64,000 bases of DNA. Source: Camelus ferus (lineage: Eukaryota). The position numbers and the translations under genes are program-made. The notes below the pieces were generated by a model that searched no databases, had not been told where the DNA came from, and saw only the letters and a list, made by a program, of their open reading frames with translations. The stretch lies in NCBI RefSeq assembly GCF_009834535.1, contig NC_045697.1:54872001-54936000 (forward strand). Direction: 5' to 3'. This document shows positions 53,401 to 64,000 of the stretch, piece after piece; within the stretch, counting starts at the first letter, position 1, and every line of letters begins with the position of its first letter.

Positions 53401-54217
53401 GGTATTTTTTAATTTCAGCTTTGATTTCCTCATTGATCCATTGTTTTTTCAATAACATATTGTTTAATCTCCATGCTTTCCTTTTTTTCTCCTTTGTTTC
53501 TCTGTTGTTGATTTCCAGTTTCATGTCATTGTGGTCAGTAAAGATGCTTGAGATAATTTCTATCTTCTTATAATTGTTGAGGTTTCTTTTGTGCCCAAGT
53601 ACATGATCGATCCTGGAAAATGTTCCATGTGCACTTGAAAAGAATGTATATCCTATTTTTGGGGGGTGTAATGCTCTGAAAATATCCACCAAATCTAGTT
53701 TTTCTATTGTAGTATTTAATTTCTCTGTTGCCTTGTTTATTTTCTGTCTGGAAGATCTGTCTAGTGATGTTAATGCAGTGTTAAAATCTCCAACTATGAT
53801 TGTATTCCCATCAATATCCCCCTTCATCTCTGTTAGTAATTCTTGTATGTACTTAGGTGCTCCTATATTGGGTGCATATATATTAACGAGTGTAATATCC
53901 TCATCTTGTATCACTCCTTTAATCATTATAAAATGTCCTTCTTTATCTTTCTTGATGGCCTTTGTTTTAAAGTCTATTTTGTCTGAAATCAGTACTGCAA
54001 CACCTGCTTTTTTGGCTTTTCCATTTGCATGGAATATCCTTTTCCATCCTTTCCCTCTCAATCTATATGTGTCCTTCTCCCTAAAGTGGGTCTCTTGTAT
54101 GCAGCATATTGAAGGTTCTTGCTTTATTATCCAGTCTGCCACTCTGTGTCTTTTGACTGGAGCATTTAGTCCATTAATATTTACAGTAATTAATGATAGA
54201 TGTGTGTTTATTGCCAT
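50418..54217 (-). pseudogene. L1 ORF2p (endonuclease, RT, CCHC) with three lesions
   Basis: Endonuclease (NINGLN, QETH, GDFN, TDHN), RT (QGCPLSP, YADD), CWRGC...HCWWEC. Lesions: +1 in the A8 run at 52639-52646, nonsense TAA at 51526-51528, +1 in CCC at 50734-50736. Confidence 0.95.
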
Positions 54218-54621
54218 TTTGAACTTATCTTTGCAGTTGAATTGGTATATCCTCTTTGTTCCTTTCTTCTTCCTTTTGTGGTTTGGTAATTTTCCTTTGT
54301 ATTATCATGGATTTTATTTAATTTTTGTGACTCCTTTGTAAATTTTTGGCTTGTGGTTACCCTTTTCTGTAAATCTGTCAACCCATTACTATAACTGTTT
54401 TTATTAAACTGATAGTAACATGATCTCAAACCCATCCTACTGTTAAAACAATTTTAAAAAGAAAGAAAAAAATATTCTATATTTCCCTGCCTCCCTTGCC
54501 CACTCTCAGTGATTTGTATGTCTTCTTTTATAATTTCATGTTTACTTTATTTGTAATTCATGAGTTATCACCTTTCCAGTTGTGTGTTTCTCATTTCTGT
54601 AGCATCCTGCTGCTTTTCTAT

Positions 54622-55523
54622 TTAGAATAGCCCTTTCAATATTTCTTTTAGCATGGGTTTAGTGTTGCTAAACTCCTGCAGCTTTTTTTTGTATGTGAAA
54701 ACTTTATTTCTCCTTCTATCCTCAGGGATAGCCTTTCTGGATAAAGGATCCTAGGCTGCATCTTTTTTTCTTTCAGGACTTTGAATAGATCTTGCCACTC
54801 CCTTCTGGCCTGTAGTGTTTGTGTAGAGAAATCAGCTGAGAGCCTTATGGGGGTTCCCTTGTAACTCACTCTTTGCTTTTCTCTTGCTGCCTTTAGAATC
54901 ATTTCTTTATCCTTGCCTCTGGCCATCTTGATTATGATATGTCTTGGTGTGGGTCTATTTGGGTTCTTCCTGTTTGGGACCCTCTGAGCTTCCTGTACTT
55001 GGATATCTGATTCCTTCTTTAAGTTTGGGAAGTTTTCAGTCATGATTTCTTCAAAAACCTTTTCAATCCCCTTTGATCTTTCTTCTCCTTCTGGGACCCC
55101 TATTATGCGAAGATTGGGACGCTTTATGTTATCCCATAGGTCCCTTATGCTATTTTCATTATTTTTTATTTGCTTCTCTTGTAGTTCTTCTGAATGGGTG
55201 CTTTCTGTTGCCCTGTCTTCTAGATCACTAATTTGTTCCTCTGCATTATCTAGTCGGCTTTGCACAGCTATTAGATCATTCCTCATCTCTGTCAATGAGT
55301 TTACCCATTCTACTTGGCTCTTCTTTATAGCTTCAATTTCATTTTTGACATATTTTATATCTCTAAACACTATCTGTTTTAATTCCTTCAGCAATTCAAT
55401 CACTCCTTTTTTGAAATCTTGATCTAGTAGGCTATCGATGTCTATTTTGTTGATCTTTCTTTCAGGGGATTTCTCTTGTTCTTTTAATTGGGAAAGATTT
55501 TTCTGCTTCTTCATCTTGCTCAT
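54622..55523 (-). pseudogene. L1 ORF1p (coiled coil, RRM, CTD) with one late frameshift
   Basis: MSKMKKQ...LWDNIKRPNLRIIGVPEGEE...PRHIIIK...ARREW...YP. A 1-nt loss near 54700 displaces the native end KKLQEFSNTKPMLKEILKGLF* (stop 54622-54624). Confidence 0.93.
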
Positions 55524-55989
55524 ACCTCTTTGGCACTGTGGTTTATGGAGTATCAGTTGTTTATTTTGGTACTTAAGGATTTTATCTATCTAATGCCTAT
55601 TTAGGAATAGAACTTAGGAAAAAAAGAAAAAAAAATAAGAGAGAGAGAGAAAGAATTTTAAAAGAAGGGAGAAAGAGGGTTTGAAAACAGTGTATAATGA
55701 ATAATAGAAGAGTGAGTTGAAGCAGAGTATTAATCGGGTTGAGACGTCCTTTTAAAACCTGTACAAAAAAGGGGCGGGGGGAGATGAATAGATGTATTTG
55801 AAACCTGTGTCTAATCAATAGCAGGACATCCAAACCCAAGAGAAATAGAAATGAATTAAGAAGTTAAGATTAAGAGAATAATAGAAAATAGAACAGGTAA
55901 AAACAGATTTAAAAAAAAAAGGGGAGAGGGGGGGGTTTGTCGGTGTTCTCCTGGAGTCTGTGTGCTTTTAATGTGAAGTCTTTCTGTCT

Positions 55990-56565
55990 TCGTCCTGTTT
56001 TGGAAGCTCAGCTTGCTGTTTTCAGAGGCCCTCCGTTGGCGCCCTCTTCTGTGCTGCTCCCAGCACCTGTCCGCAAGCAGATCGCGCCTCCTCCGAACAC
56101 TGGGTCAGGTGCAGCTCTCCTCTGCTGTGGGCGGGCGGGTCGCTGCCCCTCTGGATGCCGCAGTCAGATGTTGCAGACTGGCCAGGTAGGAGGGCGGGTC
56201 GTGCCCCCTCCCAGCACCTCGGTCAGGGGCTGTGTTCCTGCCCGAAAGGCGGGGGTGGGGGGTGGGGTGGCCGCTCTCCCTCTACCTGCGCCGCCGGTAG
56301 CTCCTCTCTCTGTGCGGCTGCGCTCTCCGCCCTTGTCGGCGCTCCGCCCTGGTCGGCGCTCCGCAGGTGGGCTCGGGGAAGACCGAGGGACAGCCCTGTC
56401 CCTGCTCCGAGCCAGAACCCAGCTCCTTGGTTGTCTTTGTGGAGCAAATTCTCTGAGGGACAAGGAGGGAAGGATCCTATCTGCCCTGGACTGCAGGCCA
56501 GTCTCAGCCTGGCCTTTGAGGCTGCTAAGCCCTTCGGTGCGGATGCAGGTTTCGCCCCAGCCCCC
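55990..56565 (-). promoter_or_regulatory. L1 5' UTR internal promoter region (CpG-rich)
   Basis: The only long CpG-dense stretch in the window, at the 5' end of the L1; contains GGGCGG boxes. Confidence 0.7.
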
Positions 56566-58239
56566 TCATGTAGATTCTTTTAAGTGGATTAAGAACAATT
56601 TAGATTTGAGTGACTGACTTCCAGAAATTTTATGACAGAGTGAATAGGCAGCATGAATTTAGAAGGTACTCTACTTTAGGGCATTAGTTGTACAGTTAGA
56701 GTAGAAAATAAAATGCATGAGCCTTTCAGTTATGAAAATCGATAGGTAGGAAAATAAATTAATTTCACTTCAACAAAAATGTGTTGTTTCAACAATTTGC
56801 ACTATGAATCACATGCTGTCATGTGATTCTGTCAGGAATCACAAGTCTAGTGTTTCTAGTTTGGTGTAGTGTTTAGTGTTTCCCTTAGTCAGGGAAACAG
56901 TCATCTGCATGAAGAGAAGCACAATGGTGTCAGAAATAACATGGGTTCTGGAGTCCAATTTTGTTCAAAAAGATGTTGAAGAGTAGAGTAAGTATGAATT
57001 ATTTCCATTTGGGCAGAGCTATGTTTATTGTTCCTAGTCAAGTAGATAGAACATTTCTAAGAATTTTGAGAAGTTTTGACAATTGTCATGTTCATACTTG
57101 ATCTAATTGGCCAATTACAGAAATATTTCCAACTACAGGTTGGTGGAGTTACCTAAGTGGACTAATTAACATAACTATATACATTTGAAAAGCATACATT
57201 GAAAACACAAAAAAGTTGGTTCCCAATGAATGTGTGAGGTCAACATTTTGATGTTAATTGATTGAGGAAAAAATACCAGAGGAGCTACAAGCATGCAGTG
57301 TGCCTTTCCCTTTGTAACTCACTCCCACTTTTACCCTTGGTGATGGGTCATTAAATCTCTTAATTGAATAGTTTCTCTCCTTCCTAGAATCACTAACCTC
57401 CATTTCTGTTCCTCCTCTACAAAGCACCAGGATGAACTTAGTCATTAGAAGGCATGCTCCGCCTCTGAGATCTAGACTCTGCTACTCCTCCTCTGTCTAC
57501 AATCTGCTTATCTATGTTTGCTGTTACTAATCTGTATACTTCATGCTGGGCTCACTCTCTTCACACTCAGTACCCTGCTTGGATTGTTTTGCTTAATCAA
57601 AGATGTAATTAGGGTGGGTTTTTTTTGGGGGGGGGCACTGGTGAAAGTCCCTTTTAAATATGAGAATATTTCATTTGAATATGTTTCCTGAAAATAGTAT
57701 ATATTGAATCATGCATTTAATGCTATATAACAAAAGCATTAACTTTTAAGAATGAAGTTATTAATTACATCAATGTCAACCTGAGTGGAAGTTTTTGGAT
57801 TGTAAATAACTTTTTCAGATGAGGATTCATGGAACTGAATAAAAAGAACTCTTGGGTCAACATAGCATATGGACCATTTTGAGTGTCTTATCAGTACTTA
57901 TCAACATTGGGAGCCTAGAGGCAATATTATGGTTGAACTTGTCTCTAGTAGATAAGGAAGTGAATTTTAAAGTACATCTGGTATTCAATAGATGAGTCCT
58001 TCTTCTGGATAAATAACACTTAGTGGAGATAGTTAATGTAGTTTAAAATCTGTTTTCAAATCATTTACTCTTGAAATAGAAATGAATTACTACAAGGAGA
58101 AAAAACAGGCTTGAGATAGAAAATAAATTGCATGGTTTTATTAGATAAGGCCACAGACTATATTTTTAATAGACAAATATTTACTGGTAATATGCAAAAC
58201 AGAATATCTAGGTAACTGTATCTATATCTATATCTAATC

Positions 58240-58700
58240 ATTGTGTTGTGTATTCTTCACTCTTTTCCGCCCTACTTCTGTCCCGGGAGGCTGACTAGTC
58301 TGCAATGCCTTGATTTTCTTGCCTTCTGATCGATTTCAGCCAATGGGAGGCACAAGCTGGAGATCAGAAGGCAAGAGAAGAGAGAGGTCAGAATATTTGC
58401 CCTCATTCCCCATCCTCCTCCCTACCTTACTGTGATTCTGTCAGTGACTGTTTCTGTAGTTACAGCATCTGTCAGGTGGCTCCTATTTCACAACCCAGGA
58501 CCTCTCTGGGCTTTACAAATACCTCTCCTTCCCCTAGTTCCTTACATTCCAGGGATTGTAATGACATCCTGTTGTTATTAGTCCTGCGTGTTCCACCATT
58601 GCTTGCTTAAGATTCCCTTGAATCTATCTCAGACTCTGTCTATCGTCCCTTTGCTCAAGAAACCCTCAAGATTGCCATGTTTCTTGGGAGAATCCTGAAA
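58240..58700. mobile_element. ERVL LTR, LTR33-like
   Basis: GGGAGGCTGAC...TTTCAGCCAATGGGAGGCAC...GGAGATCAGAAGGCAAGAGAAGAGAGAGGTCAG motifs. Confidence 0.6.
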
Positions 58701-61029
58701 ATTAATACCTTAATTTTTATTTCTGTTACAGAGAGTGGAGAAAGGGCTGCAGAAAAAAAATTTTTTGGAAAAAAGAATTAGCCTCACATCACCTTAAGAT
58801 ATACCAACTTCATGGGGCTGAAATAGGACTTCAGCATACTGTGCAGAATGATGGAGCCTGCTTGAGGACATTATGCACTAAGGGATCATTCCAACTACTT
58901 GATTAATCACAATGCTATATGATGTGGAATGTAATTCAGTTAAATAATAATTAACACTGATTTTATTTGACTTGGGCAGAGAAGACCCAGCTTCACTGAT
59001 ATATAAGTATGGACTGAATCTGCTACAGTTGCGTATCATGGATATATTGTAGATTTACTCAACCAGTCTTCATAAATTTACCCATTGGAGTGAGACTTAG
59101 CTGATGACCATGTCAGATGAGTGTATTAAAACCCAATCTAGTTTCTGTATTCCAGGGTTGGGGTTACTTGATAGATGGTTTCTGAGTAAAAATCACCGTA
59201 TGTTTTGGTTCTAAAATATCAAGAGAGCATGTAAATCTGTAGCTTAAACTCTGATTATTTAAATTTATTTGTATTACTTATGTGCAGTGTTATGAGTTTG
59301 GCAAATCATAAGTCACATCAAGGTCGTAGACTGTCTTAATTTAAAAAGTGGCCTTTTGATATTGGCTGCTGAGGGTAGCAAAATGGAAGTGCTCTCCGCT
59401 TAATTACCATCTATGTGGTGTTATGGCTAATAATGTTACATGCACCCCTGCACCTCTTGAGATTTAATCCCCTTCTCAGCTGGCATTTTTCTGTTTGAAT
59501 TGCTGTGACTACTTCAACCATTGTAAGAGCCCGGAGCAGAGACCAAGTCTTCTTCTACGTCAATACAGAGCAGAGCACTCTGTCAGTGTGTTGCAAGTAA
59601 TTAGGAGTAAAGCTTTGCAGAGTCTTGCCTTGCTGACTTCAGCTGAATGATGAAGGTAATAGCAAAGAGACAAAAATAGATTCTTGCAATAAGGTTCTTG
59701 GTTTCTCTTGACTGATACCGTTAAAATTGTTTTTCTTTTTCTACATATGTCTGGACTGGGTGTTTGGGCTACTACAGAAGGGCTTTCCTCAGTCCTTTCT
59801 GCTGCTTCCCTGCTTTTTTTCTCTCTGATTTATAGTGGTAGGCTTATGGCTCACAAACTCTTGCTCTTCCCATTCAACATCTATCCTCGTTTTATGGCAC
59901 CCTTTAGAAAACTGAGATTGAAAGGAAATATTTTAATTTTAATAAGTGAAGAACTTGTCTGAGACATGAAAATATTCCCCGTACATAAGCTACATTTTAG
60001 AAATGAGTAAGTTGGTCTAATTTGCAATTGTCCTTGAAAATTAATAGTATGCAATTAATAATATGCTAATTCAATTTTTCTCTGTTCCATATGTATTGGC
60101 TTGAGTTTCATGCAAGGTTTTCTTTTATGAAAATGACTGAAAAATAATTTCTTAGCACTGAGAAGTTTTAAATAAGAGGCAGCAAAATCTATTGGGTAGA
60201 ACTCTGGACTGAAAGTACAGAGATGAACTTTATTTATGAATTTATTGTGTGATCTTTACTATGCTACTTACATTTTAAGGATGTTGACCACTGCAAGAGA
60301 GCACTAATTCAGTCTTTTTCTAGATGTTCATTTTAGAACTTTTCCTCCACACGAGATTGACAAAGCATGTAAGTGTGACACAGGATTGCTAACAACTCTG
60401 CTTTACTTGGTTGAACTGCAAACAAATTCAGGGTGTAGGGTATACCTTGTCACTGAGAATGTAAGAAGAATCTCTGCTTCAAGGCCCCATACTCAATTTG
60501 GTTTCATCCTGTTTACAAAACCTAAGCTTTCTGCTTGAAGTTACCACTAACAATTAGCTTTTCTCACCAAGACCAATTGGCCATATAAATGGTTGGTGTT
60601 TGTAAAATGTTCGGGTGGCTGGCAACTTAGTATCTGTCAGATGTTTAGAGCTATTCTTCATTCCTCTGAATTTTGAACCATAGTTCATCTTAGTCTTTCA
60701 GTCTCCTGTTAACAGTTAGGGAGCTACTGTATACATTTAAAAAGTGGAAATGGGGTGCTTTGGAAAGCTGTAAGTTTTTCTGAAAAGTGGTTCTAATTGT
60801 GGAAAAGACATAGCAGTCAAAGAATTATACAGGGAATCTAAATACAATTGTTTCATGATTTGTGAGTACGGGATTAAAAAAAACAATAATTAGGGAGCTA
60901 CTGCATATCTTTAGGGAGGGTGATATTCACAACATTTAACCAATAGAGCACTACGACTGACAGAAGAAACAAGCTGTAAACGACTGGAACAGAGTAAACA
61001 AGCTGAACATCAGCTCTGCTCTGCAGCTA

Positions 61030-62910
61030 GCATTATCCTGTCTGATGCTGAGTGTAAGAGACCCTGTAGCTGCTCTGCCTCTGTCTCCTATGTAGTCAGT
61101 ATTTCATCACATGCCCAAGTTGTCCTGCTGTCTCTCTGCCTGAGGGCTTTCTCTTGACATTGGTACAAGGCAGACCGTGAGTTTTGGAGAATTAATGCCA
61201 CCAGGAAAAATGAATGAAAGTTGGAATATAAATACCCCAGTGTTTTTGTCCCTTGAATGGGACAACTTGGTTGCATATTCCGAACTATCTTCCAGAGGTC
61301 CTTGGTAGGATTGAGCTCCCATTGCCCACAGTGGTATCTTGCTCATTTGTATACCGTTGGTTGGTTTCCTGTGTCATATCACTTCTCTACTTGCAGTGCT
61401 TCTTGGGGTCACCCAGATTAAACAGGTAAGGCAAAATCCAGAAGGTAGCACTAAACTCTGGAGGGGACAATGGTTTTTCCTCCCTGGGATTTATATGTGT
61501 TCTGGGTGTGAGTTTACTTTCTCTGTTACATTCTTGATTGGCACCATTACCTGAGAACTCACAAATAAGGCATTCCATATAATAATGCTTTTGACCAAGA
61601 GACCTACTTTTTTGGCAAAGGAAACACAAGATCATAAAATTCACTGGTTTTACCATATATATCTCTTAACCTTGAAGTAGCTGACCTAATGGAACTTTGG
61701 GAAACCCTTTTAAAAGCATAGTGAAATATATCCCTGTAGAATTATTGGTGTTATCCTTCAAGATGTGGTATAACTTTCAAACAATGGCCACTATATGTTG
61801 CTATTTGTAGCAGAATATATGGATCCAGACAGGAACAGGGGTGAAGTTTGTGAGAGACCCTCTTGCATTATTCCCAATGACTGACCTACTTGGGTAAATT
61901 TTACTCCTTGTGCCCTCTGCCGGATTGGAGATCCTGATTTCTAGGGGAGAGATTGGACATTTCTACCAGGGGACACAGTAATGGTACCACTAAATAGCTA
62001 TGGCCAGGTCATTTGGAGCTTTTTGTTCTATGAGATTAACAGGCAAAGAAAGGAGTTACTGTACTGACAAGTAATTAACCCTCATTAAAATAAGACGATG
62101 AGATGGTTGCTATATAGTAAAGACAGGGAGGGGTAATATATGAAGCACTCAGATTCTCTGGTGTTCTTCTGGAGGCTTTTATAACAACACAGAGGTTTAA
62201 AGAGAAGGGCTTGGATTTCTCTGGGGCAAGCAGAAGTACTGGCTAAGGTATTTATAGTGAGTGTAGTATCAGGAGACGTGCAATGTCGGTTATAGCCTCA
62301 ATGTAAAGTGTAATAGTGAGGATTGTAGATTACCCCATTATATTTTCTGTGTTAAATTCCCATTAACCTTCTCATTGTAAGCCTTATTTGTTTTTTAGAA
62401 GTTGTTATGGACCATCAACTTGAAAAAGCAGTGATAGGACAACTTGAACTTATCTTAGGAGATGAGTGAATCTGTGCATTGCAAGTGGCAGACTGTAGCA
62501 TAGGTTATTAGAGCCCCAAGCAGATCCCTGTCAACATTCACTGCTGCACTAGCACTCACTGCTTCTGTACAAGAACAAACTGATGATAATTTGTTTTAAA
62601 ATTCTAAAGCTCTCTACCTGAGTGAGGGCTTTCTATTAGCCCTTGCTCAAGGCAACCCAGAAGCACTGGAGGAGTTGTTTCTAAGAACAGCTCTCAACCA
62701 AAGGAATTTGAGCACAAATACTTATAGACCATAACACTCTTAGATGGGACAACTCTGAAGCTTCTTTCACACTGTCTCCAGCAGGACTGAACCCCAGGTG
62801 TCTGCAGTAGCACCCTGCTCATTCATGCACCCTGTATTGGCTTTTTTCCTTTCCTTTCTCACTCTTAGGATCAATTCCTAACCTCCCAAATAAACCCACT
62901 TACACTCAGA
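61030..62910 (+). mobile_element. Second, internally deleted ERVL/LTR16-type provirus
   Basis: Related LTR-like blocks at about 61030-61420 and 62490-62910 share TGAGGGCTTTCT, ATGGGACAACT and TGCTCATT. The interior resembles the IN-dUTPase segment at 47180-47650 (TTCCCAATGAC; AAGAAAGGAGTTACTGTACTG...AATTAACCC). Confidence 0.6.
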
Positions 62911-63225
62911 GCTGCTCAGTTAAACTGAGTTAAAGAAGACTCTTGAATGCTGCACTTCTCATATTTTATTGTGTTCAAGTGCACAATATATCAACAAGAG
63001 GAAGCTCTAGAAGAACTTGTCAGTCTTACTCAACCACAGCACCCTTTTCACCAATTCCTTTTCATATCTGGAAGAAATGAGGGGTTTTTGAAAAATACTT
63101 CATAAAAAATTTAGAGAATCATTTGCAGAAAAGGCACCTCCATGAGAGATTAAAAATTTCTAAACTAGATCAAGCTTTCTGTAACTATCTTTAAAAATGT
63201 ACAGACATAAATAGGTACCATCTCT

Positions 63226-63726
63226 GTGAGAACCAGAACTTTCTTTCTCCATGCTGAGCTGGGCATTGAAAACTGAAATCATAACTTACTGTCTACAGTA
63301 ATATGACTTTGAAACTCATTAGTATCTCTTTACTTTTCCAGGGCTGCCCTGGAAAGTAAAGCAAATGGTGTGATTGTTTATTACAGGAACTTCTCAAAAG
63401 ACTTATTGGCTCTTCAATGGACAGTATCAACAGACAGTTTCTGCCCAAAGATTCTTTGAATCCCTCAAAATCGTTGCCTTGCTATCTCCACCAAGCTTCT
63501 GATGGTTGTATTATGATTCCTACCCAGTCCTAATCATGACCCCAAGTTGAAAGAGCCACCTTAAGCCAAACTTACAATTCTTAATAAATTCTGATTGTAT
63601 TTCCCGCTTTGGAACACTATAAAAGCTTTGCAAGGTGGTATACTCCCTTGTATTTGGTAAGTAAAAACTCAGCTTTGTCTTATCAACAGATTGTGTTGAT
63701 AATGTCTGGGGAGCCAGCTTTTACCA
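63226..63726 (+). mobile_element. Solo ERV LTR (family not assigned)
   Basis: TGTGAG...ACCA termini, TATAAAA at 63618, degenerate poly(A) signal AGTAAA at about 63660. Confidence 0.45.
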
Positions 63727-64000
63727 TATGGTAAATTTCTTCCTATTACATTTATGAAAACTGACCTAAGAGTAAGTAGTTGTGTATTACCTACTAAGAA
63801 AAGAAGATGAGGTAAAATTAAAGCTGAACCTCACTATGGGCCAAGTCTTTTGCCAAGTACTTTATATGTACTGTTTCATCATAAGAGACTGAATATACAA
63901 ATCGACATAGCCAAACCTTACATCACAATAGACCTCTAACCCACATCCTCTGCAGCAGCCACACTGGGAAACCAAACTGAAGTCTTTGCAATAATCAGCC

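Larger units (their letters stand above)
50096..56565 (-). mobile_element. Young, near full-length LINE-1 (about 6.47 kb)
   Basis: CpG-rich 5' UTR, ORF1, spacer of about 400 nt, ORF2, 3' UTR, AATAAA and a short A tail. Exact TSD TCATGTAGATTCTTTT at 50080-50095 and 56566-56581; the minus strand reads TT/AAAA at the junction. Confidence 0.98.

Noticed and set aside
50141..55422. Several plus-strand hydrophobic ORFs of 65-202 aa
   Set aside because: Antisense frames of the A-rich L1 ORFs; an expected compositional artefact.
1..64000. Remaining 60-130 aa ORFs in the track
   Set aside because: Most lie within repeats, use non-ATG starts or have low-complexity composition; none resembles a known host protein.

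Overview
AT-rich mammalian genomic DNA, intergenic or deep intronic, with no host protein-coding exon that I could recognise. The 3' UTR style of the young L1 and the absence of recognisable Alu, B1, Bov-tA, PRE1 or Can-SINE copies suggest a cetartiodactyl, probably a camelid (inference). The window is a layered record of mobile DNA. Main items: (1) a young, near full-length LINE-1 on the minus strand (50096-56565) with a perfect 16-bp target-site duplication (TSD) and only four visible ORF-disrupting lesions; (2) a full-length DYNLL1 processed pseudogene with a 15-bp TSD, nested in an old L1; (3) a tailless retrocopy of the 5' half of tRNA-Glu(CTC), with extra 5' bases and a 15-bp TSD; (4) two decayed ERVL-type proviruses; (5) many MaLR LTRs, hAT and Tigger elements, L2, MIR and a CR1/L3 remnant. 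I found no convincing new multi-gene system. The most unusual signals are small: the tRNA-half insertion, an 81-bp apparently locally templated insertion, and an ATG-initiated ORF in the L1 inter-ORF spacer whose stop lies just past the ORF2 start. Repeat subfamily names come from remembered consensus sequences and need RepeatMasker/Dfam confirmation.
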